From Octopus vulgaris (lineage: Eukaryota): a stretch of DNA of 64,000 nt. Below are positions 25,265 through 36,051 of this stretch, piece by piece; the stretch's first letter is position 1, and every line of letters starts with the position of its first letter. The stretch covers positions 159,464,001 to 159,528,000 of the forward strand of contig OX597815.1 of assembly GCA_951406725.2 (NCBI GenBank), read 5' to 3'. The notes beneath the pieces are model-generated. The model ran no database searches. It was not told the origin of the DNA and worked only from the letters and a program-made list of their open reading frames with translations. The position numbers and the translations under genes were made by a program.

Positions 25265-27384
25265 AACAAACTAGTTTGTCTACTTGTCACTTGGCTATAT
25301 GCACATTTAATTGTATTTACAAGAGATAGATATTTATGGATCCTCTTCCTTCCAATTACCACCCCTGCCACCAATATCACCACCACTACCACCATCTCCA
25401 CCTTCACCATTACCACTCCCATAACACATTCTTCAGTATTTCTTCTAGAATCTTTCTCATCTACATAAAACTTTCTAGAATTAGGGTGGTGTTTGGAAAC
25501 CAGATGCTAAGATCTCGGCAAACTAACTCTGTGACTTGACTAGATATACACTTACAGTGACTCATGGAATGGACCCATGATCTAAAAGTGCTGCCTTGTC
25601 ACAGACTTCGAAATGGCAATTGTGCCTGAGGATTATGTTAAAGTCATATGTACCTGAGGAATACTCAGCCACTTCAATGTTAATTAATTCTCTGAACAGG
25701 TAGTTCAGTTGATCAAACTGAACAATTTCCATAATCATTGCAGGATCTCTGACTCTGCTAGGGCAGTGGGAGACAGAAAGTATGACTTGTCTTGCTACTA
25801 ACCCCTTTTTCAATCTCTGTAAGTTGCCTTGTCAGTGGCCACTGGTGAGTCTCTCAAGGGCACCTATCGAATTTAGTTACAGGTTCTTAATGGGGAACCA
25901 TTTCTGCACATACCTCTATGCACTACATATCAAAAGAGCAGTAGGAAGCAATTCATGATGGCATCAACACATCCTCAAAATAAAAATCTCAGTTTGAAGG
26001 CTTGCAACATAATGAATACCACTAAAAGCTTCCAAAAACCAGGTGATGCTTATAAAGTGGGTATCAGGTAGGTTAATTATACCCCAAAACTCATTGAGGA
26101 AGATAGGAGCATCGCATAAGTGTATTTATATGAAATTTCTCCAGTAATGCAATCAGGTGAGAGGTGTAGAAGAGAATATTTCTATAATACTTTGTTGTTA
26201 CTCCACCTCAAGTCATTTTTGTTTACTCAAATGGTACTGATTAAACCTGTAATCAGAGGGATTTCAGTTGTGACCATCCAGTTGAGGGAGATTTGATTTG
26301 CCACGAGGAGTTTTTCAGATACTTAAACTTCTTCTGAGAGAGATAAATGTGTATGTAGAGACCTTGTCATCACCTTGGTCAGTTACTGTGGCTGAATGTC
26401 TATATTCTCTCCATCTTTCCCTTTCTTTCTCTCTCTTTCATGTAAATATAATGTAATATAGAAAAGCACCATTTGAGCGTGACCGCTGCCAGTACTTGGC
26501 CCTCATGCCAGTGGCACGTAAAAGCACCCACTACACTTGGAGATAGGAAGAGCATCCAGCTGTAGAAACTCTGCCAGATCAGATTGGAGCCTGGTGCAGC
26601 CATCTGGTTCGTCAGACCTCAGTCAAATTGTCCAACCCATGCTAGCATGGAAAGCAGACATTAAACGATGATGATGATATTATATATCACACATACACAT
26701 ATACATTTATGCAAGTATGGCTGTGTTGTAAGAAGCTTACTTCCCAACTACATGATTTCAGATTCAGTTCCACTGTGTGGGATCTTGGGCAAATGTCTTT
26801 TTCTATAGCTCTGGGGTGACCAAAGCCTTGTGAGTGGATTTGGTTGACTGAAATTGAAAGTAGCTTTGTCATATATATATTGGGTGTTTGGCCACCACCT
26901 GACAACTGGTGTTGGTTTGCTTATGTGCCTATAACTTCGTGGTTTGGGAAAAGAGACCTATAGAATAAGTACTGGCCTGGATTTGTTCAACTAAATCGTT
27001 CAGGTTGGTGCTGTTGGATGCCTGAAACAAGTAAATACCAAAAAAAAACAATAAAAGACACACACATTTATATCGTTAACAAACTAGTTTGTCTACTTGT
27101 CACTTGGCTATATGCACATTTAATTGTATTTACAAGAGACAGGTATTTATGGATCCTCTTCCCTTTACCACCACTACTACCATCTCCACCTTCACCATTA
27201 TCACTCCCATAATACATTCTTCAGTATTTCTTCTAGAATCTTTCTCATCTACACAAAACTTTCTAGAATTGGGGTGGTGTTTGGAAACCAGATGCTAAGA
27301 TCTTGGCAAACTAACTCTTGTGACTTGACTGGATATTCACTCGCAGTTGGATGTGACTCAGATGGAATGGACCCATGATCTAAA
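25265..27384 (+). repeat. Direct duplication of about 310 bp (25265-25586 and 27078-27384)
   Basis: Long identical stretches from aacaaactagtttgtctacttgtc to tggaatggacccatgatctaaa. Confidence 0.9.
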
Positions 27385-28704
27385 GGATCACATATATACA
27401 CACATACTTATACATACACACATGCATATATTTATATATACACACATATACACATACATTTATATATACACACACATATACATACTTATACATATATACC
27501 TACACACACACATGCACAAACATGCGCGTGCACACACACACACGCACACACACACACACAAATACACCCATATAATCTCTCACTGTTTCTCTCTCTCTTC
27601 CTCTCTGCTTTTCATCTCTGGTCTTAACATCAGCCGCAATCATTTTCATACAGTAACGTTATATTACAGAAACTTTTTCGAGATGTAAAATTTCAATTTC
27701 ATCATTTTTTTCTCTCTCCGTCTTTCATGAAACTTTTCTCATATTAAATAGTAATTGAAAATAGTTGAGAATAATTTTTTTTTATTCCAAATTTCTGAAA
27801 TCATTTCAATCTATTTGGATAATTTACTTGCATAACCATCATCACTTCAAAATACAGGTGCAGTTTAATTCTAATTTAGCCAAGAACTCATTTATGCATA
27901 TTTAAGCAAATCTCATTTCATTTTCCATTGTATGTACTGCAATCACATCTACAACATAGATATGTATTTTACTCATTTTATTATAGCATTAAAATGAAAA
28001 TGATCAAAATATTGAGAAGCATCATACATTTATGGTTCCAATCTGAAATATATACACATATGAAGTGAATCTATTGAATCAATCCGACGATGTATGATAT
28101 GGGAGTCATAAAATTCTGTTTTCTTGAGTGTAATTTAAAACTCTTTGAATAAAAGTCTGCTTTTCCCTATGTTTGCATTTCCAAAAATTTTCTGTATGAG
28201 CATTTGTGCATGTGTGCATGCATGCGCATGTGTGTTTGTGTGTATAATCTTTTATTCTCAGCAAATATAAGAGTGCGTGTGTGTGTGTGTGTGTGTGCAT
28301 ACGTGTACGCATAGTCATTTATTAACTGAGGATACTACAGGAGTTACCTACGGACCTGCAGTTTTGTGTGAAAGCACTTAAAATTTGACAAAAGCTAATA
28401 ATATATATATATGTAGGTGTGTGTGTGTCTTTGTATGTATATGATGCATTCATATGTACACAGACACACACATGCATACATATCATATATATATATATAT
28501 ATATACATGTATATATGTATGTGTGTATGTATATATACATATATATATATGTATATATATTCCTCTCTCTCCCTCTACATATATATATTTGTATGTATTT
28601 ATATATATATATATATATATTTTTTCTCTTCCCCCCGCTCTCCCTCTCTCGTATATGTATATATATATATATATATATGTATATATACTCTTACTTTTAT
28701 TCAG

Positions 28705-28851
28705 AACAGGAATTTGGAATGTACACTCCTATGCAGAAGATACAAAAGCGAAGAGCCAAATGGCGTCATCTGTCAGAAAGCAATCTGGAAGAATCTTGGG
28801 GGTCTCTGAATTATTTCAACCACCTTCATAGAGGCCGTTTATCAATGGATG
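28705..28851 (+). CDS. Internal coding exon (E)[48 protein letters not shown]
   Basis: Acceptor ctcttacttttattcag and donor GATG|gtttgt. 147 nt, phase 1 to phase 1, in frame with both neighbours; the other two frames are closed. Confidence 0.75.
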
Positions 28852-29224
28852 GTTTGTTCACTTTATATTACTTTTAAATATGTGTGTGTGTATGTATAGA
28901 TTTTGTTTCATAATCACATGCATAACTTGTTCACGACTTCATCAATAACATTTAAATTCTCAAACCTTTTATGAAAATAATCATTAAATGTAGTTTCTTT
29001 CTGGAAGTATCAGGATTCATAAAAATTTCTTGAAAGTAGAATTATGCACTGTAAAGTACTTGCATCAGAAACTGTTACTCATTAAGCAATTTATTTCATG
29101 AGTGCTTGTTTTTAGGTTTGATCCTACTCTTTGCTGCTTTAGGCATGTGTCTTGTAGCAATGCCATGATTTGACCAAAGCCTTGAGATTGAAATTTGGTT
29201 CTTTCTTTTTTCATGGCTGGGTTC

Positions 29225-29640
29225 CAACCCAGACTGCTGCAACAAAGTCCACTCACCACACTTCTTGGTCCAACATCACTGCCTTGAGGTCCTGAATACA
29301 TTCCAGGCCAGTGTCTGCGATTAAGTTGTTGATGTAAGTGTGACAACGTTTTCCTCTTCTTGCATCATTATGAAATGGGTTCCACAGGACTAATTTCGAT
29401 GCTTCCAACTGAGAGTGGCGCATGCAGTGACCTGATAGTTGTAGCCGTCTTGGCCTGATCTTCTCACTAAAGCCTTCATAAAGGAATTTGTTTGTCATAT
29501 GTTGCTGCCATTTCCCATTTAGGGCCATTCGTAGCATCCTTGTGTAGCAGCTGTCTAGCTGGTTTGATAATTTCTTTGTTGGTATCCATATTTCACTGCC
29601 AAATAATGGCACTGATTCAACAGTTGCAATAGACAGCTTA
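29225..29640 (-). mobile_element. RTE/RTE-X LINE 3' coding fragment
   Basis: ORF 29253-29612: LFGSEIW.PTKKLSNQLDSCYTRMLRMAL...RRLQLSGHCMRH...DLKAVMLDQEVW. Confidence 0.8.
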
Positions 29641-31082
29641 ACTGTATATGTGCATTGATGTATGATAGAAGAATTGGTGTGGTAAACAGAAATAACTTGT
29701 GGTATTTCTTTCTACCCTAGTTACATCTTTTCATACCCACTATCCAGCTAAACTTCAATGTTTTAAAGATGAGGTTAATAAAATGAGTTCTAGACTAAAT
29801 ATCATAGTTGAATAAACTGACTGAAGCCCTCAATGAAAAAATAAAAGAAATTTCAGTTTCATTATTTCACTCCATTTCCACTCACGCTATGCCCCGTGAG
29901 ACCACCTGGGCACCTAATTGTTATTTCTATGTCTTACTCCTACTGATCATTTTCTCTTTTTCCTCTTCATCAACTTTTTCTCCTTATGGATGTGAGTAGC
30001 TATGGAACCTGCTGCCTCCACCTTGTCCACTAGTATGAAGCTGACACCAACATCTCTTCTAGGGTTTATAGTCTTGCAAACTGTATGGTGACCTCAGTGG
30101 TGTAGGTTGCTCAAAAAAAAAAAAAAGCATTCTGTCCATGCTGTAAAGTGGTTGGTGTTGGGAAGGGCATCCAGCCATAAAAACCATGCCAAAGCAGACA
30201 CTGGAGCTCAATGCAGTCCTTGGACACATCAGATCCTGCTGTCAAAGCATCCAAACCATGCGAGCATGGAACATAGATGTTAAATGATGATGGTGATTAT
30301 GATGATGATGGAGGAGGAGAATGTTGATGTTGATAGTGATTATGATGGTGGTGGTAGTAGTGGTGGTGGTGGTGGTGATGATGATGATGATGATGCAGTA
30401 GCAACATAGGTGTGTTTATAGGAAATGTCACCAGTGCTGCCAATAGGTGAGAAGAGTAGAAGAGAATATCTCTATAATGCTTTGTTATTCTTTAGCCCCA
30501 AGCCAGTCCTGTTTGAGTGAACCAATGATCAGAGGCATTTCAATTGTGACCACCCAACTGACAGAGATTTGATTTGCTATGAGGCGTGGAAAAATTCCAG
30601 TTTTATAGATACTTAATATAGATACCTTGTAAACACCTTGCTCAGATATTTCTGAAAGACATCTCTACTCCCCCCTCCCACCCCAAAGCATGATAAAAGT
30701 CTGAAGTGCTGAAACTTTCTACTTTGCATTTTTCTCTTTTCTTTGGAATTTCTATGGTTAAATTTTATGCCACAAGGAAGATAGATTCAACATTACATAT
30801 TTAATTTAGGAATTGCTGGAAGCAAATTTAAATTTAAATTTCCCAGCCAGCCTAAATTACTGCTTTGGCTTCTAATGTTAGTGTTTATGCAAGTTGCCAT
30901 ATACATTTACTAATATGTGGAATATATTTGATCATTGCTCATTTTCTGCTGCTGCTGTTTGCTGCAGATCTCTTCTATTTACACAACAATCTAAATTGAA
31001 ACGGGACACAATGTACGAAGGGTGTGTGTGTGCTAAAAGGCTCCTGGCACTAAGGAATTATGAAAGGCTTTGTTGGAGGCAC

Positions 31083-32284
31083 GAAAAATGTATTCGTACA
31101 GAATAAGTTTATGATTTTCTATGCCACAAAATACTGTTCAAATAATTTTTTTTTTACTAGAACTTTCTTGTTTGTTCCAATAATCTTATCAATTGTCATT
31201 TTTAAGTGTCAAAACACTAGCTTCTTCATTCAGCATTGAGACAACATAAAGTAGTTTCGTAATAATGGCGAAACGTAAAGAACTCACAAATTCAGTGAAA
31301 AACTTAATTACTGAACAGTGGAAAGCAGGTAAAAGTTACAGGAAAATATCAGAGACCCTTTGTATTCCATTTTCTACCATATCTTCATTTATTCAGAGAT
31401 ATAAAAAAATCAGGAACTGTTGAAAACAGAATAAGATCCGGTGCACCACGCAAGATTTCCCCTAGATCTTTAAGAAAAATGAAGCGAAGAATCAGAAAAA
31501 ATGCAATGATCACCAGAAAGGAGGTGCAAGAAAATTTGTTAGCTTCAGGGAGTAGTGTTACACTACAAACAATCAGCAGTGAACTTCATAGGAATGAACT
31601 GTGGCAACGTCATGGTGTGTAGGTGTTTCTCTGCAAATGGTACTGGCAATTTACATGTGATAGATGGTAGAATGAATGCAGGGATGTACCAAAATATTTT
31701 GAACAAAGATTTATGGGACTCTGTAGAAAAGCTCCAGCTTTGTGAAGGGTGGGTTTTACAACAGGATAACGATCCTAAGCACATGGCGAAGTCTAGCAAA
31801 AAATGGATTGTCGATCACAATATAAAATTATTAGAATGGCCAAGCCAGTCACCTGACTTGAACCCCATTGACAATTTGTGGCATTATTTGAAAATTAAAA
31901 TTCATTCAAGAGCCCCAACGTGCATTGCAGATTTGAAGAAAATTTGTCAAGAAGAATGGGAAAAAATTCCTAAAGAAACATGCAAGTCATTCATTAAGAA
32001 CTACAAGAAGAGATTGGTTGAAGTGGAACTGAATAATGGTTATGCTACTAAGTATTAAATCAGAATTATCAGTTATTTATGTTCTGTACGGATACTTTTT
32101 TCACCCCTAAATATTTATAATTGAATATAAATTCCTTAGTTACTATAATTTATTAATTTCTTTTGCATATTCTTAGTTTATGCATGTGTATGCAAATATA
32201 GTATTGGTATATCCCATTTATGTTCATTAGAAATTAAATAAATAAAGAATTTTGACATGTACGAATATTTATTTCCCCCCGCTG
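31083..32284 (+). pseudogene. Tc1-family transposon with frameshifted, internally deleted transposase (31265-32058)
   Basis: MAKRKELTNSVK...GKSYRKIS (HTH), then SGAPRKIS; the region with the first catalytic D is deleted; then QQDNDPKH...WPSQSPDLNPIDNLW...GYATKY*. The repeat tattcgtaca near 31090 is inverted at about 32085 and 32260, and the right end is ...cccccgctg. Confidence 0.9.
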
Positions 32285-32289
32285 TCATC

Positions 32290-33064
32290 ATCGAAGCATC
32301 AGATGTGGTGTGCAAGAGCGACGCTTGCGATGGTATGGTTATGTGCTGCGGATGGATGAAGAGAGATGTGTGAAGAAGTGCCACTCCCAAACAGTTGAAG
32401 GTATCAGGGGAGAGGTAGACCCAGGAAGACATGGGATGAGGTAGTCAAGCATGACCTCAGAGCATTGGGCCTCACTGAGGCAATGGCGAAGGACCGAGAT
32501 ATCTGGAGATATGCTGTGACTGCAAAGACCCGGGCTGCTTCCTGCATCAGTTCCACATAGCCCCTGCCCATTCAAAGTACCCCGGATCCCAGATCGTCCT
32601 GCTGTGCCTGAGGAGAACTGTTGAGTCAAGTACATGAACATGAACATCGAAATAAATATCAATGGAAATAGGAGTTATGATGCCTGTGCCGGTGGCACAT
32701 AAAAAGTACTATCCGAACGTGGCCGATGCCAGCGCTGCCCCGACTGGCCTCTGTGCCGATAAGACCATCCGAACGTTGCCAGCGCCGCCTTGGCTGGCTC
32801 CCGTGCCGCTGGCACGTTAAAAGCTCGAACCGATTGTGACCGATGCCGGACCCCCCCCCCCGGCCCCTGTGCAGGTGGCACGTAAAAAGCACCTACTCCA
32901 CTCGCGGAGTGGTTGGCGTTAGGAAGGGCATCCAGCCGTAGAAACTCTGCCAGATCAGACTGGAGCCTGGAGCGGCCCCTGGCTTCCCAGACCCCGGTCG
33001 AACCGTCCAACCCGTGCTAGCACGGAAAACGGACGTTAAACGATGATGATGATGATGATGATGA
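32290..33064 (+). mobile_element. 3' end of an RTE-clade LINE with modular 3' UTR and (GAT)n tail
   Basis: Encodes SIRCGVQERRLRWYGYVLRMDEERCVKKCH...RGRPRKTWDEVVKHDLRALGLTEAMAKDRDIWRYAV (one frameshift), typical of the RTE ORF C-terminus. Ends ggacgttaaacgatgatgat. Confidence 0.85.
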
Positions 33065-33074
33065 TATATATATA

Positions 33075-33474
33075 CTAGCAGTATCGTCCGGCGTTGCTCG
33101 GGTTTGTAAGGGAAATAACTATATAAGCATTTTTAGAGAGTTATTGCCAAAAAATAGCAAAAAAATGCATTAAAAATGGAAAAAAATTATGGTAAATTTT
33201 TTTTAAATCGTTGACTCATCGTAGACATTTTTAGAGAGTTACTTCCCCTTATATAATAGCGAAAAATGCATTAAAATGGAAAAAAATGATGGTAAATTAT
33301 TTTTAAAATCGTAGACTCATCGTAGACATGCGCTAATACCCAGAAGGGCTCGATATGAATCACGACTATAAGATACCCGATTTTGGTTAAACTGCACCGC
33401 AAAATGTGGGAGTAGTTAGGAATCTAAATCGTAGGAGACAGACACTCACACAACTTCACTTTTATATATATAGA
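33075..33474 (-). mobile_element. Non-autonomous Helitron (400 bp)
   Basis: The minus strand starts A|TCTATATATATAAAA and ends cccgagcaacgccgga...CTAG|T: 5' TC, subterminal GC-rich hairpin remnant, 3' CTAG and an AT target without duplication. Contains an internal tandem duplication of about 100 bp. Confidence 0.85.
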
Positions 33475-33475
33475 T

Positions 33476-33535
33476 ATGATATACATATATGTGTGTGTAT
33501 ATATATATATATCTATATATATAAATATATGTATA

Positions 33536-33572
<37 letters not shown>

Positions 33573-33621
33573 GTATATATGTATATGTATATATGTATAT
33601 GTATATATATATATGTATATG

Positions 33622-33686
<65 letters not shown>

Positions 33687-33745
33687 GTATGTATATATAT
33701 ATATATGTATGTATATATATATGTATGTATATATATATATGTATG

Positions 33746-33776
<31 letters not shown>

Positions 33777-33800
33777 GTATGTATATGTATGTATATATAC
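33476..33800. repeat. Compound (TA)n/(TATG)n microsatellite; similar tracts at 28400-28690, 42980-43920 and 51250-51560
   Basis: Directly visible; these tracts are the source of the Tyr/Ile-rich spurious ORFs. Confidence 0.98.
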
Positions 33801-33829
33801 AAGAAAAAAGCAACAAAAATGGATCAATA

Positions 33830-33919
33830 TTTCGGTACAATTGTTTCGTTTGAAGACCACCTTTATTAAGGCCGCAAATATTGCAGCAAATACACGTGAC
33901 CCGTACTCATCAGCCGAAA
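33830..33919 (-). ncRNA. Canonical type I hammerhead ribozyme
   Basis: The minus strand reads tttcgg-CTGATGA-gt...ac-GAAA-caatt-GTA-ccgaaa. Perfect 6-bp stem I, palindromic stem III ACAATTGT, GUA triplet, and an extended stem II (ggtcac/gtggtc, gctgcaa/ttgcggc). Confidence 0.85.
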
Positions 33920-34480
33920 AAACATCTGAGTTCTCAAAACATCTAAGGGGGTGAGGCTACACTCCTGAAACATCAGGGATAGTTCTATAAAAATCAAATT
34001 TAGATAATAAATGGACTTCCAAAGTTCTTTAATGTTGCACAGTCAAATAACAGGCTTTAAAAAAGTATTTTAAAAAACATCTTAGTTTCACAGAAATTGA
34101 AAATGTAAATCCATCCATAATAATGAAGTAGATTTGAATTCTGGAGATATGAGGAGAGATTTCACTCTCACAGATGATGTATTTATCCATAATTAGTTCA
34201 TAATAAAGTGGGTTTCCTGATGTATGATGGTATGCTGGTTAGAATTAGTTGAAGGAAATTTAGTGGAGCATAGAGACAATCACTCACATAGGGTATAATG
34301 GGGTAACTGAGAGGAGATGGGGTTGTAAATATCCAACTACGCAGAATAGTTTATTTCAGTGGAGACAAACTGACTGGGTCAGAATTTGTAAGAATCTAAG
34401 AGTTTTAAAAAGGAATGCTAATCTTGACCAGTATTCCATTGTTAATTGCTATATAAAGAGGACACGGGAAGGTAAAGGCA
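33920..34480 (-). mobile_element. Possible highly decayed Penelope-like reverse transcriptase fragment upstream of the hammerhead
   Basis: Minus-strand patches PIIPYVSDCLYAPLNFLQLILTSIPSYIRK and LLISPEFKS loosely resemble the RPIIS...IPSYIKD and LVSFDVKSLF RT motifs. Many stops; judged by eye only. Confidence 0.3.
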
Positions 34481-35539
34481 GGTCATATATATATATATGT
34501 ATGTGGCTATCACAGAAAGCTCTTCTAACGGACTTGGCTATAAGTCCGCAGAGTAATCAGTTACAAAAAAGTGTAATGTAGAGTGTCCATGCAACTGAAA
34601 ATCCAAAAGATCCGATGTTTGAAATTATTTCATGTGGCATATCGAAAACCATTATTAAGTTAGGTAGTATGAGAGAATGCAATGCACCACCCGATCCAGG
34701 AACTGAAACCACAGTCTCATGATCATGACTGCAATACCCTAACCACTAGGCTACTTGTCCTCATATATAGTACTGCAAAACTGAAAACTTGCAATACTAC
34801 TATTAGTTTCACATTGCTGATCAGGATCCTCGATTGCCTGGGGTTTAGAATTCTGAAAATATTTATCGTTACTTGTGTATTTTCATCTTTGAAATAAGCA
34901 GAAGTAGTCGCTATGTCTTAAAACTTCCATATTTATATGTGATTTTTTTTCTTCTTTTGTATATTTACTAAGTAATCTTCTCATTTCATTACAAAAAAAT
35001 AATAAAAATAAAATACTGTATTATTTATGAAACTTGTTTGGTTTCCAGACTCGCGGCTTAATTTTGGTAATTCAATTTTGTTTTATCTTTTGGAAATACG
35101 ACTGATCAAGACGCAACTGTATATTATTACTATCATCATACACACGTCTCATATCACTAAATATTATCTATTATTTTTAACTTTGTGTGTTTCATTTGTA
35201 TGTGTTTTTCTTGTTGCTTGCTGTTGTTTTTGTTGTTTTGTTCTTCTTCCCCATCAGTATTAATAATTACATAATAACGTATAATGTATGCTTTGTAAAG
35301 AGAGGACTTAACTGATTAGTTCGGTCTCGGGTTCTTATTGCTGCTTATTTAAATTTCAAGTACCACAAGCCAACAAAGGAGCTGCTGTGTTATTGCTCAA
35401 CTTACTAGAAATAGCTCCCAAAAATCCCTCATCCTTTCTCTTAAGATGCTAGAATGTGAGTTGTAGAAGGACAGAATGAATTTGTTGTGTATTGAACTCC
35501 TAATGAATATATAACAAATGCTGTATATTTGTTTAAATG

Positions 35540-36051
35540 CCATAAATCCTCGAGTATAGTCTGCCCTTGAGCATAATTCACAGGGGATTTTTAGGGGGCT
35601 GTACTTCTGAAAAACCTAAACCCTGTGTATAATACGCACCTCTTCTCTAACTTGAGTCATGCATAATTAAGCCAGCAGCACCTAGTCGAGCAAACACTTC
35701 CGCGCATGTGTAATACAATGATGGTGATTTCTTAACTGTTATATGGGAATGTAAATATGTTTGCAAATTGTTTTTGTTACATGTTGTTCTGTGTTCTAAA
35801 TACTTTATTTTAATAAATGTTGCTTACTTCAAGTTATGGATGATTCTTTTATGACTTCATTGTTTTCAGGCTTAGCTTAAGGTACTTTTGTGCCTGACAT
35901 CACAAAATGCGTCTGAATAAACATTGCCAGTCAGACTCAGACATTGCTTAGAAAATATTTTTCATTTTTAACCTCGTATATAGTACGCACTAGGGATTTT
36001 GACCTTTAAATTTTAGGAAAAAAATTGCAGATTATACTTGAGGATTTATGG
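35540..36051. mobile_element. Non-autonomous Tc1/mariner-superfamily (pogo/Tc2-like) element
   Basis: TIRs ccataaatcctcgagtatagtctgc / gcagattatacttgaggatttatgg, followed by TA on the right. Confidence 0.75.

Noticed and set aside
25265-27384. LTR retrotransposon or TRIM
   Set aside because: No TG...CA ends, primer-binding site, polypurine tract or target duplication.
33406-33954. Long Tyr/Ile/Met/Cys-rich ORFs (also 28417-28877 in part, 42758-44013, 51165-52297)
   Set aside because: They are translations of (TA)n/(TATG)n microsatellites that lack stop codons in most frames.
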